From contig NC_045696.1 of assembly GCF_009834535.1 (NCBI RefSeq), forward strand, positions 31,932,001-31,996,000: a stretch of DNA of 64,000 bases, in the 5' to 3' direction. Made by a program: the position numbers and the translations under genes. Each line of letters starts with the position of its first letter. The stretch's first letter is position 1. The stretch comes from Camelus ferus (taxonomy: Eukaryota). This document shows positions 13,620 through 26,449 of the stretch, one piece after another. The notes beneath the pieces are model-generated. The model was given only the letters and a program-made list of their open reading frames with translations. It was not told the origin of the DNA and searched no databases.

Positions 13620-14051
13620 TGTAGAGAATGATGTTGGTGCCCCACCAAGATCCTCTTTACCAGCATACCCATTCCCCAAGAGCTTGACTAGAATCTTGAC
13701 TAGTAATGGCTTGCAGCTTCTACCTTCTCCAGAGAAATGCCCTCAGCCAAACTAGAGCCATCTCCTCTAGAAGAAATATCTTTCCCTCCTCTTCCCCTCC
13801 AGTTTAACCAATGGCTAACTGATAAAGAAATTACACAACTGGTAGAATAATTATTTGGTGCAATTTGTATTACAGAACTTCCTCCTGGAATCAGGCTGCT
13901 GCTGGTTCTTTAGCTGAAACAGGAATTTGAGCTAGGTTTTCTACTCTACTCTATCCCACTTTACTCATTTCCCTTTGAGGGCATTTCAATTATTCATTTG
14001 AAGATGATCTTCCATTATGGACTCTGCTTTTAGGAAACCTGCCCTAAAACA
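13620..14051 (+). mobile_element. ERVL LTR16-like 5' LTR
   Basis: TG...CA ends; terminal ctctgcttttaggaaacctgccctaaaaca is typical of LTR16; internal sequence follows directly. Confidence 0.8.
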
Positions 14052-15230
14052 GTGATGCTAGAAGTTGTCCGAGGAAGCTGACTTTAAGAATTGGATTCTT
14101 GAGTTAGATTATTCACTACCTGGATGATAAAAGGAATTCTATTATTTGTGGTAAGTCAGCATTGGTAGTCTCTGGCATGTTGTAATAGTGAGGTTGCTAA
14201 AACTTTCTCTGCAATAAACTAGGATGTGATATAAGTGGAAGGGAAAGTAATAACTGGTGCAGTATCTGGAGCTTTTGAGGGATTTGGAGTATAAGTACTG
14301 TGGCATTGAGTGGCTGTTGCTGAGCACCATTGATGCTTTTAAAAGAGACAATGTAGTTCAAATCTGTTCATCAACAATTTAAAGCAACATGTGTGAGTTA
14401 TTGGTAGTACTTAAAAGAAATTCTTACCTCCTGTCTCTGAAGGTCAGGCATAACTTAAGATCAGGCACAAAACTTAATTCTAAATGTGCCAAAACTTCAG
14501 ATAATGCATTTTGCACCTTGAGCAAATTTCCTATGCAAAATCAGGATACTGATAGGAAAGGACTGGGACTCTGGGTCTTGAGATGGTGTTACACAAGATG
14601 TACCCTAGGCATTTAATGTGAGATGCTAATTTACCATTTATAGTAAATACTAATTTGATAATTGCAGGAAAGGACATTTGGGTTGAAATGGTAGGCAAGG
14701 GGCCTGACCCATTGAGGTCTATGGAGAAGATACAGAACATTGTGTTTTTAGAGGCAAGTTAAGTGGACAGAGAGCCAAGGAAGATGTTGTTTAATATAAT
14801 TAAAGAAATAAAAAGATAAAACATCAGAAAACTGAGGTAAGCCACAATGGAAATTTACAAGCAATTACTCAGTTTCCAGCACTAAGCTAATTATCATACC
14901 CAGAGCTCATGGACTAAAGGAAAAGTTGGATCTCTATGAGAAAGGACTTTACAATACCATAACAAGGCGAGAAGCAATTATCCAGGTATGCAAGAAAACC
15001 TATGCTCATTTATTCAGATAACCACACATGGAATAAAGACAGATATCCAGATATTTCAAAGTGTTTTGAAAACAAGATATGAACTGATCTTCAAACCCGG
15101 CATCTACAGTACTACTATGGCACCCTTGTTTGAGTAGAATGTAGGTTGGTTTGGGGCAATATGGGAGGGTGAATAATGGTATCCATAACACAGTCTACAT
15201 CCTAATGCTTAGATCTAGTTAAGGTTACCT
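14052..15230 (+). mobile_element. ERVL internal remnant (ERV3-16A3_I-like leader and decayed gag)
   Basis: gtgatgctagaagttgtccgaggaagctgactttaagaattggattctt leader; gag-like ggcattgagtggctgttgctgag and gatactgataggaaaggactgggact. Confidence 0.75.
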
Positions 15231-15309
15231 TTTATATCTGTTCCTTCACAGATGTGGCTAAGGATCTTGAAATGGGGATTATCCAGGTGGACCCAGTGTA
15301 ATCATATCC

Positions 15310-15641
15310 TCTTTGTATGGAGAGAATAGTAGCTCATGGAATGGAAACAGACCTCACCTTCTTAGGTGGCTGTGAGCTTCCTCTTCTCCACACCTCAGCT
15401 ACCAGTGACTGACATGGGGTACAACATACAGGCCTCTTTGCCTTAAAATAGGACATCGATTATGATGGGATTTATGTCCCAGATTGTCCTGTGAGATCAC
15501 CCTGTAGCAAATTTCTGAAATCACACCTTTAGTTGTTTTTGTTTGTTTGTTTTCCCCCTCTTCTACCTTGCTTCCTTTTAAAATCACACAAACAAAAATT
15601 CCCTTCTCAGGCCCTTTTTCCAGGTAACCCAAACTAAGTCA
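15310..15641 (+). mobile_element. LTR16-like 3' LTR portion
   Basis: Ends cccttctcaggccctttttccaggtaacccaaactaagtca, paralleling the end of the LTR at 14020-14051. Confidence 0.65.
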
Positions 15642-15996
15642 TTATGATTCTAAACTATATTGTTGAAGACATCTATTAAGTGATTATAATTTTCTTTCCT
15701 TAAGTACATTAAGAAATTTACTATCAGTAACCTTGATAATAGCATAATAAGAGCATCAAGATTAAAAAAATCAAGATTATAACTAGGCTTAGGTATTTAT
15801 ATAACCTGATATAAATAACCTAAAATAAAACATTATCTGTTCCATTTTCTGAAGTTTAAAGAAAATGCTTTAAATCTTGTTTCTACAGTGGTTCTCTAAA
15901 GTCCTAAAGTGATTTAAAAATTTAAATAGTGGACAAGGGAAGTGATTGATCAAAATATTGATCCAAAATAGATTCCAAAATATTTTTTACAAATGG

Positions 15997-16476
15997 TGTG
16001 GATAGGAAATGTTGCCTGCCATTCCAGTAAACAAAGAATGTTGCCCACCAGTCCACTTCTACAAATAGCAAGAAATTAGCCACTGCAGTCATTCACTGAC
16101 AGTGCAACCTGAGGGAAATTCTGAATGGAAAACAGGAAGAATTCTGTGCTTTAGATACTGACCCTAGATAGTTAAGATGCATATCTAAGGAATAATTTCA
16201 ATGAACCCAGATTCTTGCGTCTTTCTATACATAGAAAAACACTAAAATCTTTAAATTGAGATGTCTGTTCTTTGTGTTCAGCAGTAATCATTTTGAAGTT
16301 CAACTACATATTTTTTCAGCCAAAACCTCCTGTGTATCTTGGCTCCTCCCTTACCTCTTTGGAGCAGTTCCTCAGAACTATCTGAGAGGCTGTCTCCCAG
16401 GCTGTAGTCCTCAGTAAGATCCCTGAATAAAACTTAACTCACAACTTTTAGGTTGTGTATCTTTCTTGGGTTGACA
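15997..16476 (+). mobile_element. ERV1-class solo LTR (480 bp)
   Basis: TG...CA termini, AATAAA at ~16426, 4-bp TSD-like atgg/gtgg. Confidence 0.88.
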
Positions 16477-17383
16477 GTGGCAAACTCACCTATATTATAA
16501 AAAGTCAAATCCATTTGGCTAGTATCTCTTACTTCCCAATCAAGTTTTCTATCTGTACTTCTGAGTTGGCAAATCAACACAAATTAGAGACAAGTATTAA
16601 AATAAAATCAGGTGGAAAAATGATTTACAAGGAAATTGTTTACTGTGCCAACTTAACCAAGCTGTATTTCTTTTTTGACTCTACAATTCACAAAACTGTA
16701 CAGGAGCTGGGCTTCCAAACTAATACATTACCTACCAAACATTTTAAGTAAATAAAATCATATAAATACACTTTCTAATGAGTGTTTTTTACAGCTTCAG
16801 TCTAAGAATTAGGAAATAAAAAAGTCCACTTAAAAAAAATACTCCAAGTTAAAATGTGGTTCACTGCCTGATTTTTGAGTTGGATAAATGAGTAATGCCA
16901 CTAGAATGTCAAAGGCCTTCAAATAAATGGATTACAGCAACTCACCCTATATTTATTTATGGCTTTGACACATAATAATTAAGACCTTATCTTTTCCTAT
17001 TCCATTAAACATGTCTGTTCAAAATCATCAGAGATTAACCAGTTTCTTTGTCAAAGATCACTCTAGAAATAATGTCTATCCCTAACCTTTTGTTCTCTGG
17101 CTTCTGATATCAACAATGTATATTACTCAAACTTCACTCTCAAAATCACTAACAACTTTCTAACCACCAAATCTCATAACTCTTAAGAGTTTAGAGAACC
17201 ACCGTGTCAGAGTAAAACTGAATTAAAATCTTTCTTTGTGTTTACACTCTCAATAGTATATTATGATACTTAAACTGTCTGGCCAAATTCTCCAACCACT
17301 AAATGACTTCTGTTCATGTAGGAATTAATGATGCAGCCAAAATATACTTATAAAGAAGTTTATTACCTTGAAGAGTTAGATAT

Positions 17384-18115
17384 GAAAGTGGAATCATACC
17401 CCATAGGGTTAACAAGCTGGCACCTTAGCAGAAATCCCTGGGTCAACAGAAGTTGGCATCTTAATAGAAATCCTTGAGTATGTCTTACAGAATAGCAGAT
17501 AGAAACACCTTGTTTAAACCCCCTCCGTTTATAACCTGCCGTTACTAATTAAACCTACTTTAGCTGTTTTTTACTTTCTTTAGTTTTATACCCTCCAAGC
17601 TTCACACCAGACTTCTTAACCACCCCTATGGGTCACTATAGTAGTGTGGGGCCAGGGGAAGGCTTAAGTTGTTCTCCAGAAACCTGGAGATGTCTCCTGC
17701 CCAGCTCAAGCTGGTCAAGACTGGTTGGGACCACTAACCTCAAAACTGGGCCTTTGCTGGTGTTTGAAAGATAAACTTTTGATGCCAGAAGGCCAGAAGC
17801 TCCACCCTCACAGCAGTTCCTCCATTTTTGAACACAGATACCATAAAGAAGCATGTAACCCAGATAAATCTACAGAGCAAGTTGATTACCTCACTTTTCT
17901 TTACCTCCAATCCCCTTTCTCCACACCTAAGACCACCCAGCTTCTTTATCCCATAAATATTTCAAGTCTCTTACCTTCTGGGAGGTGGATATGAGAGCTG
18001 TCCTTCTATTTCCTTGCTTGACTTCTTTGTAAATAAACTGCTTCTCAGCTATAAACTTCAGCACCTCAGTATTGGGCTTGATGTGCATCAGGCAAATGAA
18101 CCTGGTTAGGTAACA
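17384..18115 (+). mobile_element. ERV1-class LTR, left boundary uncertain
   Basis: TATA-like cataaata at ~17952, AATAAA at ~18032, terminal ggcaaatgaacctggttaggtaaca. Confidence 0.75.
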
Positions 18116-18286
18116 AACATAGGCCAGACTCTACCCTGGGACCAGGTGGCCCAAGCCCTTGGGTGACAAGAGGGGAATGCACTGCTGGGATGCATAGGAT
18201 GTCACCTACACAGGCCACTTCTCCAAGGTCAAGAAACGTAATTAACCTGCCACATACATAAAAATACAAATAGAAACTTAGACAAA

Positions 18287-19239
18287 GTGAGGCAGCAGAG
18301 GAATATTTTCCAAGCAAAGAAACAAGATAAAATCCCACAAGAAGAACTGAGTCATGAGGAGATAGGCAATCTACCCAATAAAGAGTTCACAGTAATAATT
18401 GTGAAGATGATCAGAGAAGTTGAGAGGAGAATGGACGCACAGAACAAGAAGTTAGAAGTTTTTAGCACAGAGTTAGAAAATATAAAGAACAGCCAAATAG
18501 AGTTGAAGAACACAGCTACTGAAATGAATGATACCCAGAAGGAACCAAGAATAAATGGCAAAAAAATGGATCAGTGAGACAGAGACAGAATAGAGGAAAT
18601 CACTACTGTAGAACAGGAAAAAAAAAAAAAAGAATGAAAAGAAATGAGGATAGTTTAAGGGATCTTTAGGAAAACATGAAGTGCACTAATATTCATTTTA
18701 TAGGGGTCTCAGAAAGAGAAGACAGAGAGAAAGAACCTGAGAAAATATTTGAAGAGATAATAGCTGAAAACTTTCCTAACTTGGGAAAGGAAATAGTCAC
18801 CCAAGTCTAAGAAGGTTATAGTCCTCCAGAGAGTCCCATACCAGATTAACCCTAAGAGAAGCATGCCAAAGCACACAATAATCAAATTGAAAGAAATTAA
18901 ATATAAGGAGAAAATATTAAAATCAATAAGAGAAAAGCAACAGATAACACACAAGGAACCTCCATAAGGTTATCTGCTGGTTTTTCAGCAGAAACTCTGC
19001 AGTCTAGAAGTGAGTGGCAGAATATATGTAAAGTGATGAAAGGGAAAATCCTACAACCAATAATACTGTACACAGCAAGGCTCTTATTCAGATTTGATGG
19101 AGAAATAAAAAGCTTTACAGGTAAGCAAAAGCTAAGAGAATTTAGCACTACCAAACCTAGCTTTACAACAAATGCTAAGGGAACCTCTCTAGGTAGAAAA
19201 GAAAAGGCCACAACCGGAAACAATAAAATTACCAAGTAG
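18287..19239 (+). pseudogene. Disrupted L1 ORF1p
   Basis: MRQQRNIFQAKKQDK... coiled-coil start; C-terminal LQPIILYTARLLFRFDGEIKSFTGKQKLREFSTTKP; stops and frameshifts between. Confidence 0.93.
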
Positions 19240-19681
19240 AAAATCTCACTTGTAAAGGTAAACATATAGGAAAGGTAGGAAATCATCACACACAAACTAA
19301 TAGGGAAATTAAAAGACCAAAGTAGTAAAATCATCTATATCCACAATAAGCAGTGAAAGGATACACAAAACAATTAGGTCTTAAATATGATATCAAAACC
19401 AGTAATCATGAGGGGAGGAGAGTATGATTGCAAGGTACCTAAAGTGCATTTGAAATTAATAGATCAGCAGCTTAGAACAATCATGTGTATATATAGACTT
19501 ATATACCAAAACCTCATAGTAATCGCAAACAAAAAAAAATCTATAATAGATATATAGACAAAAAAAAGAAAGAGGAATCCAAACATAATGCTGAAGAGAG
19601 TCACTAAATCACAAGAGAAGAGAATAAAAGAAAAAAGGGAAAAAAAGAGCTACAAAAACAAATCCAAAACAATTAATAAAA

Positions 19682-22600
19682 AGGCAATAAGAACATATAT
19701 ATCGATAATTACCTTAAATGTAAATGTATTAAATGCTCCAACCAAAGGACATAGACTAGTTGAATGGACACAAAAACAAAGCCCATGTATAGATGAGATT
19801 AGAAATCAACTACAAGGAAGAAAAACTGCAAAAACCACAAACAAGTGGAGGCTAAACAATATGCTACTAAACAACCAAATGGATCACTGAAGAAATTAAA
19901 TAAGAAATCTAAAAACACCCAGAGACAAATGAAAATGAAAACACGATGACCCAAAATCTCTGGGAAGCAGCAAAAGCAGTTCTAAAAGGGAAATTTATAG
20001 CAATAAAATCTTACCTCAGTAAACAAGAACAATCTCAAATAAAGAACTTAACCTTACACTTAAAGCACTTAGAGAAAGAAGAACAAACAAAACCCAAAGT
20101 TAGTAGAAGGAAAGGAATCATAAAGATTAGAGCAGAAATAAATGGAATAGAGACTAAAAACAATTTTAAAAAATCAATGAAACTAAAAGCTTGTTCTTTG
20201 AGAAGATAAACAAAATTGATAAGTCTTTAGCCAGACTCATCAAGAAAAAAGGGGAGAGAGCCCAAATCAATAAAATCAGAAATGAAAAAGGAGAAGTTAC
20301 AACTGACACCACAAAAATACAAAGGATCATAAGAGGCAACTATATGCCAACAAAATGGACAACCTAGAAGAAATGGACAGTTTCTTAGAAAGGTACAATT
20401 TGCTAAGACTGAACCAGCAAGAAATAAAAAACATAGCAGACCAATTACCAGCACTAAAATTGAATCAGTAGTTTAAAAACTCAACAAACAAAAGTCCAGG
20501 ACCAGATGGCTTCACAGGGAAATTCTACAAAACATTTAGAAAAGAGTTAGTGCCTATTCTTGTGAAACTATTCCAAAAAAAGCAGAGGAAGGAACACTTC
20601 CGAACTCATTCTATTAGGCTACCATCACCTTAACACCAAAACCAGACAAAGATACCACAAAAAAAGAAAATTACAGGCCAATATCACTTATGAATATGGA
20701 TGCAAAAATTCTCAACAAAATACTAGCAAATCAACTCCAACAATACATTAAAAGGATCATACACTATAATCAAGTAGGATTTATCCCAGGGATGCAAGGA
20801 TTTTTCTGAATATCTGCTAATCAATCAATGTGATACACCACATTAACAAATTAAAGAATAAAAACTATATGATCATCTCAATATATACAGAAAAAGCTTT
20901 TGATAAAATTCAACATCTATTTATGATTAAAAACTCTCCAAAAGTGGGCATAGAGGGAACATACCTCAACATAATAAAGGCCATATATGACAAACCCACA
21001 GCTAGCATCATACTCAATGGTGAAATGCTGAAAGCATTTCCTCTAAGATCAAGAACAAGACAAGAATGCCCACTCTCACCACTTTTATTCAACATAGTTT
21101 TGGAATTCCTAGCCACAGCAATCAGAGAAGAAAAAGAAATGAAAGGAATACAAATTGGAAAAGAAGAGTAAAACTGTCACTGTTGGTAGATGACGTGATA
21201 CTATACATAAAAAAATCCTAAAGGCACTACCAAAAAATGACTAGAGCTCATCAATGAATTCGGTAAAGTTGAATGGTACGAAATTAATATACAGAAATCA
21301 GTTGTATTTTTATATACACTAACAGCAAAATATCCAAAAAAGAAATTATGGAAACAATCTAGGTTACCATCACATCAAGAAGAATAAAATACCTAGGAAT
21401 AAACCTACCTAAGGATGCAAAGGATCTATATTCTGAAAACTATAAGACACTGATGAAAGAAATTGAAAATAAAAACAGATGGAAAGATATACAGTGATCT
21501 TGGTTTGGAAGACTCAATATTGTTATATTGTTATATACTACCCAAGGCAATATACAGATTCAATGCAATCCCTCTCAAATTACCGATGACATCTTTCACA
21601 GAACTGAAGTAAATTTTTTTTAAATTTGTATGGAAACACAAAAGACCCCAAGTGCCAAAACAATCTTGAGAAAGATGAACGGAGCTGGAGAAATCACACT
21701 CCCTGATTTCAGACAATACCACAAAGCACAGTTATCAAAACAATATGGTACTGGCACAAAAACAGACCCATAAATCAATGGAACAGGATAGAAAGTCCAG
21801 AAATAAATCCATACACCTATGGTTAATTAATTTACAACAAAGAAGGCAAGAATATACAATGGAAAAAAGATAGTGTCTTCAGTAAGTGGTGCTGGGAAAA
21901 CTGGACAACGACATGTAAAAGAATGAAATTAGAACATTCTCTAACTCCATATACAAAAATAAACTCAAAATGAATTAAAAACCTAAATGTAAAACCAGAT
22001 ACACTAAAATTCCTGGAGGAAAACATAGGCAGAACACTCTTTGCCGTAAATCACAGCAATATTTTTTTGGATCTGCTTCCTAGGGTAATGGAGATAAAAG
22101 CAAAAATAAATAAATGGGACTTAATTAAACTTAAAAGATTTGTAGAGCAAATGAAACCATAAACAAAACAAAAAGATAACCTAACGGAATTGGAGAAAAT
22201 ATTTGCAAATGATGCAACTGACAAGGGACTAATTTCCAAAATATATAAACAATTCATACAGTTTAATATAAATAAAAAAATAAGCAACTCAATAAAAAAT
22301 GAGCCAAAGACCTAAATAGATATTTCTCCAAAGGACACATACAGATGACTAACAGGCACATGAAAAGATGCTCAATATTGCTAATTATTAGAGAAATGCA
22401 AACTACAATGAGTTATCACCTCATACTACTCAGAATGACCATCATTAAAAAGTCTACAAATAACAAATGCTGGAGAGGATTTGGAGAAAAGGGACCCCTC
22501 CCACACTGTTGGTGGTAACGTAAATGGTGCAGTCAGTATGGAGGACAGTATGGGAGTTTCTTAAAAAACTAAAAATTGACTCACTATATGGTCCAGCAGC

Positions 22601-22910
22601 CCTACTCTTGGGCATATATCCAGGGAAAACTGTAATTTGAAAAGACATATACATCCCAGTGTTCATGGCATCACTATTTACAGTAGCTAAGAAATGCAAA
22701 CAACCTAAATGTCCATCAACAGATGACTGGATAAAGAAGATGTGGTATATAAGTAAGATTAATATAATGGAATATTACTCAGCCATAAAAAATATTTTAA
22801 TAATGCCATTTGCAGCAACATGGATTGACCTAGAGATTTTCATATTAAGTGACACAAGTCAGGCAGAGAAAGACAAATATCATGTGATATCATTTATATG
22901 TGGAATCTAA
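19682..22910 (+). pseudogene. Disrupted L1 ORF2p (endonuclease mostly deleted; RT and C-terminal domains present)
   Basis: [27 protein letters not shown]...[17 protein letters not shown]; ends KDKYHVISFICGI*. Confidence 0.95.
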
Positions 22911-23825
22911 AAAAGACTGTTACAAATGAACTTATTTATGAAACAGAAATAGACTCACAGACATGGAAAACAAACTATGGTTACTAAAGGAGAAAAGGGA
23001 GAGGAGGGATAAATTAGGAGTCTGAGATGAAGAGTCACACATTACTATATATAAAATAAATAACATAGACCTACTGTATAGCACAGGGACCTATATTCAG
23101 TTTCTTATAATAAGGTATAATGGAAAAGAATCTGAAAAAATTATATATGTATATATATGTGCAACTGAATCACTTTGCTGTAGACCTGAAACTAACATTT
23201 TAAATCAACTAAACTTCAATAAAAAATAAAATTTTAAAAAACTGCATAGGACTTAAGACCTATATTTTAATCTAATTGATAAGTTCCTTGTTGACTTGAA
23301 ATATACTAGAAGATATACAGAAAAAAATACCTCTGTTCATTCAATAAGTATAATCAAGATTTAGAGGTATTCTGATTCCTATATTTAAATCCAGGCTAAA
23401 CATTTGGAATCCACTAGTATGGCATGTCCATGAGATCAAGGGTTTTTGTGGATTTTGATTACTTCTTTGCACATGTAGGAATTTAATAAATATTTATTGA
23501 AAAATTGAGTTTTTAATTCACATTAGTAGATTAGTAGATTATGATTTTATGTTTGTCTTTTACATTCCTCAATGCCTAGGCTAAAACAACAACAACAATA
23601 AAACAGAAATACAAAAAGGCATACATTTTTAACAGAGAAGTGATTGGAGGGGATTTTTGAAAATAAAGAAATCAGGAAGAACAAGCAACTACCCAGAATA
23701 CAGTAGAAGGAGCTGAAAAAGTATTGTCTCCAAGTGTTTTAATGAAATATCTGGTGGGATCTAAAAATTCCATCTTGATTTTTGTAATCCAAAAAAACAC
23801 TCTCCTCATAATGGCATTTGGTGGG

Positions 23826-24374
23826 TGTTCTATAAATGAGCCAAAGATGTCCTCTGTATATTGGCTCCCAGGTTGTTTACTTCATGGCATGCAAAAGCTT
23901 GTTAGCTGAAAAACCCAGTGATAACAAATGAAAATTTTTACACACCCAATTATTTTAAACATAGCCCAAATAAGTATATTTTTAGCCATTTAGTGCCAGC
24001 CTGCTTTGCATAACTCGTGAAACTATGCCCAACATTTGCTAGATATAGTAAGATTAATTCCAGAGCCATAAAGACATCAAGCTACTACTTCCCTTTGGAA
24101 TTCTCTTACCTATAAAGTCCCCAAGATGCTTCTGAGTAACATCACCTAGACGTGTAAGCTCCCACTTTAAACCTCTTTCCCAGAAGTTGCTTTGGCTTCC
24201 TCCTCTTCTTAATAGTGATCCCCTCACCATAGCCTCTAGATGGTCTCATGCTGTGGGGGACTTGCCCAGCATGAAATCTGCCAGAGGCACTGAAATACAG
24301 TTTGTGTGTGCTCCTGCCACCTTGTGGTCATATCTTTGTCCTTAATCAGATCCAAATCCTTCAGACTCCCTACA
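23826..24374 (+). mobile_element. ERVL solo LTR (MER54/MER73/MER74 group)
   Basis: TG...CA termini, 5-bp TSD-like gtggg/gtgga, internal tttttagccatttagtgccagcctgctttgcata. Confidence 0.8.
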
Positions 24375-24433
24375 GTGGAAGGTGTGGCAATGCAAAGGTT
24401 CCAAATTAATAACTGGCTACCAGTGAACTCGTC

Positions 24434-25006
24434 TTTTTTTTTTTTTAATTGAAGTATAGTTGATTTACAATGCTCTGTTAGTTTTCGGTGTATAGCATAA
24501 CGATTCAGTCATACATACATATATATACACACAGTCTTTTTCATTATAAGTTATTATAAGATATTGAATATTGTTCCCTGTGCTATACAGTAGGTCCTTG
24601 TTGTTTATATATCTTATATGCAGTAGTTTGTATCTGATCATCCCAAATTCCTAATTTATCCCTCCCGGCAACCTTTGGCAACCATTAAGTTTGTTTCCTA
24701 TGTCTGAGAGTATCTTTCTGTTTTATAAATAAATTCATTTGTCTCATATTTTTCAGATTCCACATATAAGTGATATCTTGTAATATTTGTCTTTCTCTGT
24801 CTCACGATAATCTTAGTACGATAATCTCTAGGTCCATCCATATTGCTGCAAATGACATTATTTAATTAATTTTTATGGCTAAGTATTCCATTGAATATAT
24901 ATACCATAACTTCTTTATCCTATCTGTCAATGAACATTTAGGTTATTTTCATGTCTTGGCTATTGTAAATAGTGCTGCTACATACACTGGGGTGCATGTA
25001 TCTTTG
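24434..25006 (-). mobile_element. 5'-truncated artiodactyl-type L1 3' end with TSD
   Basis: Poly-T, then ttgaagtatagttgatttacaat; TSD ccagtgaactcgtctt (24420-24435) / ccagggaactcatctt (25007-25022). Confidence 0.96.
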
Positions 25007-25239
25007 CCAGGGAACTCATCTTAGAATACAGTTTGTCAATTCCTAAACCTCACCTAAGATTACAGTGTTTCTTGCAGAATTACTATGCAGGCAATTCTCC
25101 TTTGAGGAACAGAAAAAAAGAGTAGAAGAAAGTTGTAATAGTTATCTATTCTTTTTCTTCTAGAATATAATAAAAACCATATACACAGAAAGTTTACTAC
25201 ACAGTGAGAATTTATATTTAAGGTATCACCAAGCAGATT

Positions 25240-25652
25240 TCCTTTAGTAAACTGTTTCTTCCCAAATTTTAATGTATGTGGTTTTGGTGCAACTTTCCCC
25301 CAATCTATTGTTCCATTTGTGCACATGTGTCCAAAACCCATTCAATCCAGACAATTCAGCTTCCTGGCTAGAGGAACTGACAATAAACACAATTGGACTA
25401 GTCACCATCTAACTGAGTCAAGTGTAAAGACTGGTTACAAGAAAATCAAATGAAGAGAGGTGGAAAACTGAGAGATGGTGGAGGTGAGGAAGAGAGATGG
25501 AGACAGAGAAAGTCCTAAAGACATCATTTGGACTTGACACCTATTTATGCCTAGAACCAGTTCTATTATTATGAAGTGTCATGAAATGTGCTTACAACTT
25601 CCTCTTTTTGCTTAGAACAGTTTTACTTGCAAGACTAAAGTCCTGACTAACA
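25240..25652 (+). mobile_element. Old MaLR LTR (MLT1K/L-like)
   Basis: gagacagagaaagtcctaaagacatcatttg ... cttgcaagactaaagtcctgactaaca. Confidence 0.65.
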
Positions 25653-25859
25653 ATATAGTAAATGAGTTTAAAATTGTTTTTTAAAATGTGGACTATTTAG
25701 ACTTGTTCATTAGGCTAAGCCTTAATGAAAGAAAATAAGATCTCCATTCATATTATAGGATAAGTTTCTAGTTGTCCATAGTATTCAGTGATAAACTAGC
25801 AGATGAAGTTATTGCTTATGGTCACTTAGAACCACATTCTCATTGAGGATATAACAGTA

Positions 25860-26380
25860 GAAGTCTTTGTTCTTTTAAGTAACAGAAATCCCAATTCCGA
25901 TTGCCTTAATAATTTGTCTTTTTGGGGGTCGGGGTTGAGGGGTGTGGAATATAACTGTAAGGATTAAAAATGGCAAACCAGTCTTCATGCATAGTGTGAT
26001 TGAGCTCCAGGTACCATTTCTCTGAGACTTCTTCTTGGTCCTATCCTGTATGAAGCCCTTTTCTTACTCTGGCTTCTCTCATTTACAAAAAAATAGAAGC
26101 AAACAATTTAACCTTTATTTGAGTATATCACTTTCCCAGTATTCCAAAATTAATCTTTGTATTCAGTCTAAATGGACAAACTAGGTCATGTATCTACCCG
26201 TGACTGTGGCTAGGAAGATGAAGTGTACTGATTGCATAAGTAAAATCAGGGACCTTATCTAGAATTGGAATGGAGTCATCTTCTGTGTAATGCGAGGACA
26301 TAATGGGAAATTAAATTGTTGGTTCATTTAGGAAAAGAAGTACAGGGGAATGGGTTCTGAGAAGGCAAACAACTATCTGA
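25860..26380 (-). mobile_element. Old MaLR LTR remnant
   Basis: aagtaacagaaatccca ... ctaggtcatgtatctaccc ... tactgattg pattern of reverse-strand old MLT1. Confidence 0.5.
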
Positions 26381-26449
26381 GTTAGAATGAAACTGAGGGT
26401 ACTAGATTCCCTCTACTATGGAGAAGGTAAAATTCCTCTTTGTGGGTGA

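Larger units (their letters stand above)
18116..23240 (+). mobile_element. Artiodactyl-type LINE-1: partial 5' UTR, ORF1, long inter-ORF region, ORF2 with internal deletion, 3' UTR and A tail
   Basis: ORF1 and ORF2 peptides in the ORF track; 3' UTR gacctactgtatagcacaggg...aactgaatcactttgctgt...aaatcaactaaacttcaataaaa. Confidence 0.97.

Noticed and set aside
18066..22910. Dense ORF cluster that could be taken for an operon or an RT-based system
   Set aside because: All are sense fragments or antisense shadows of one broken L1.
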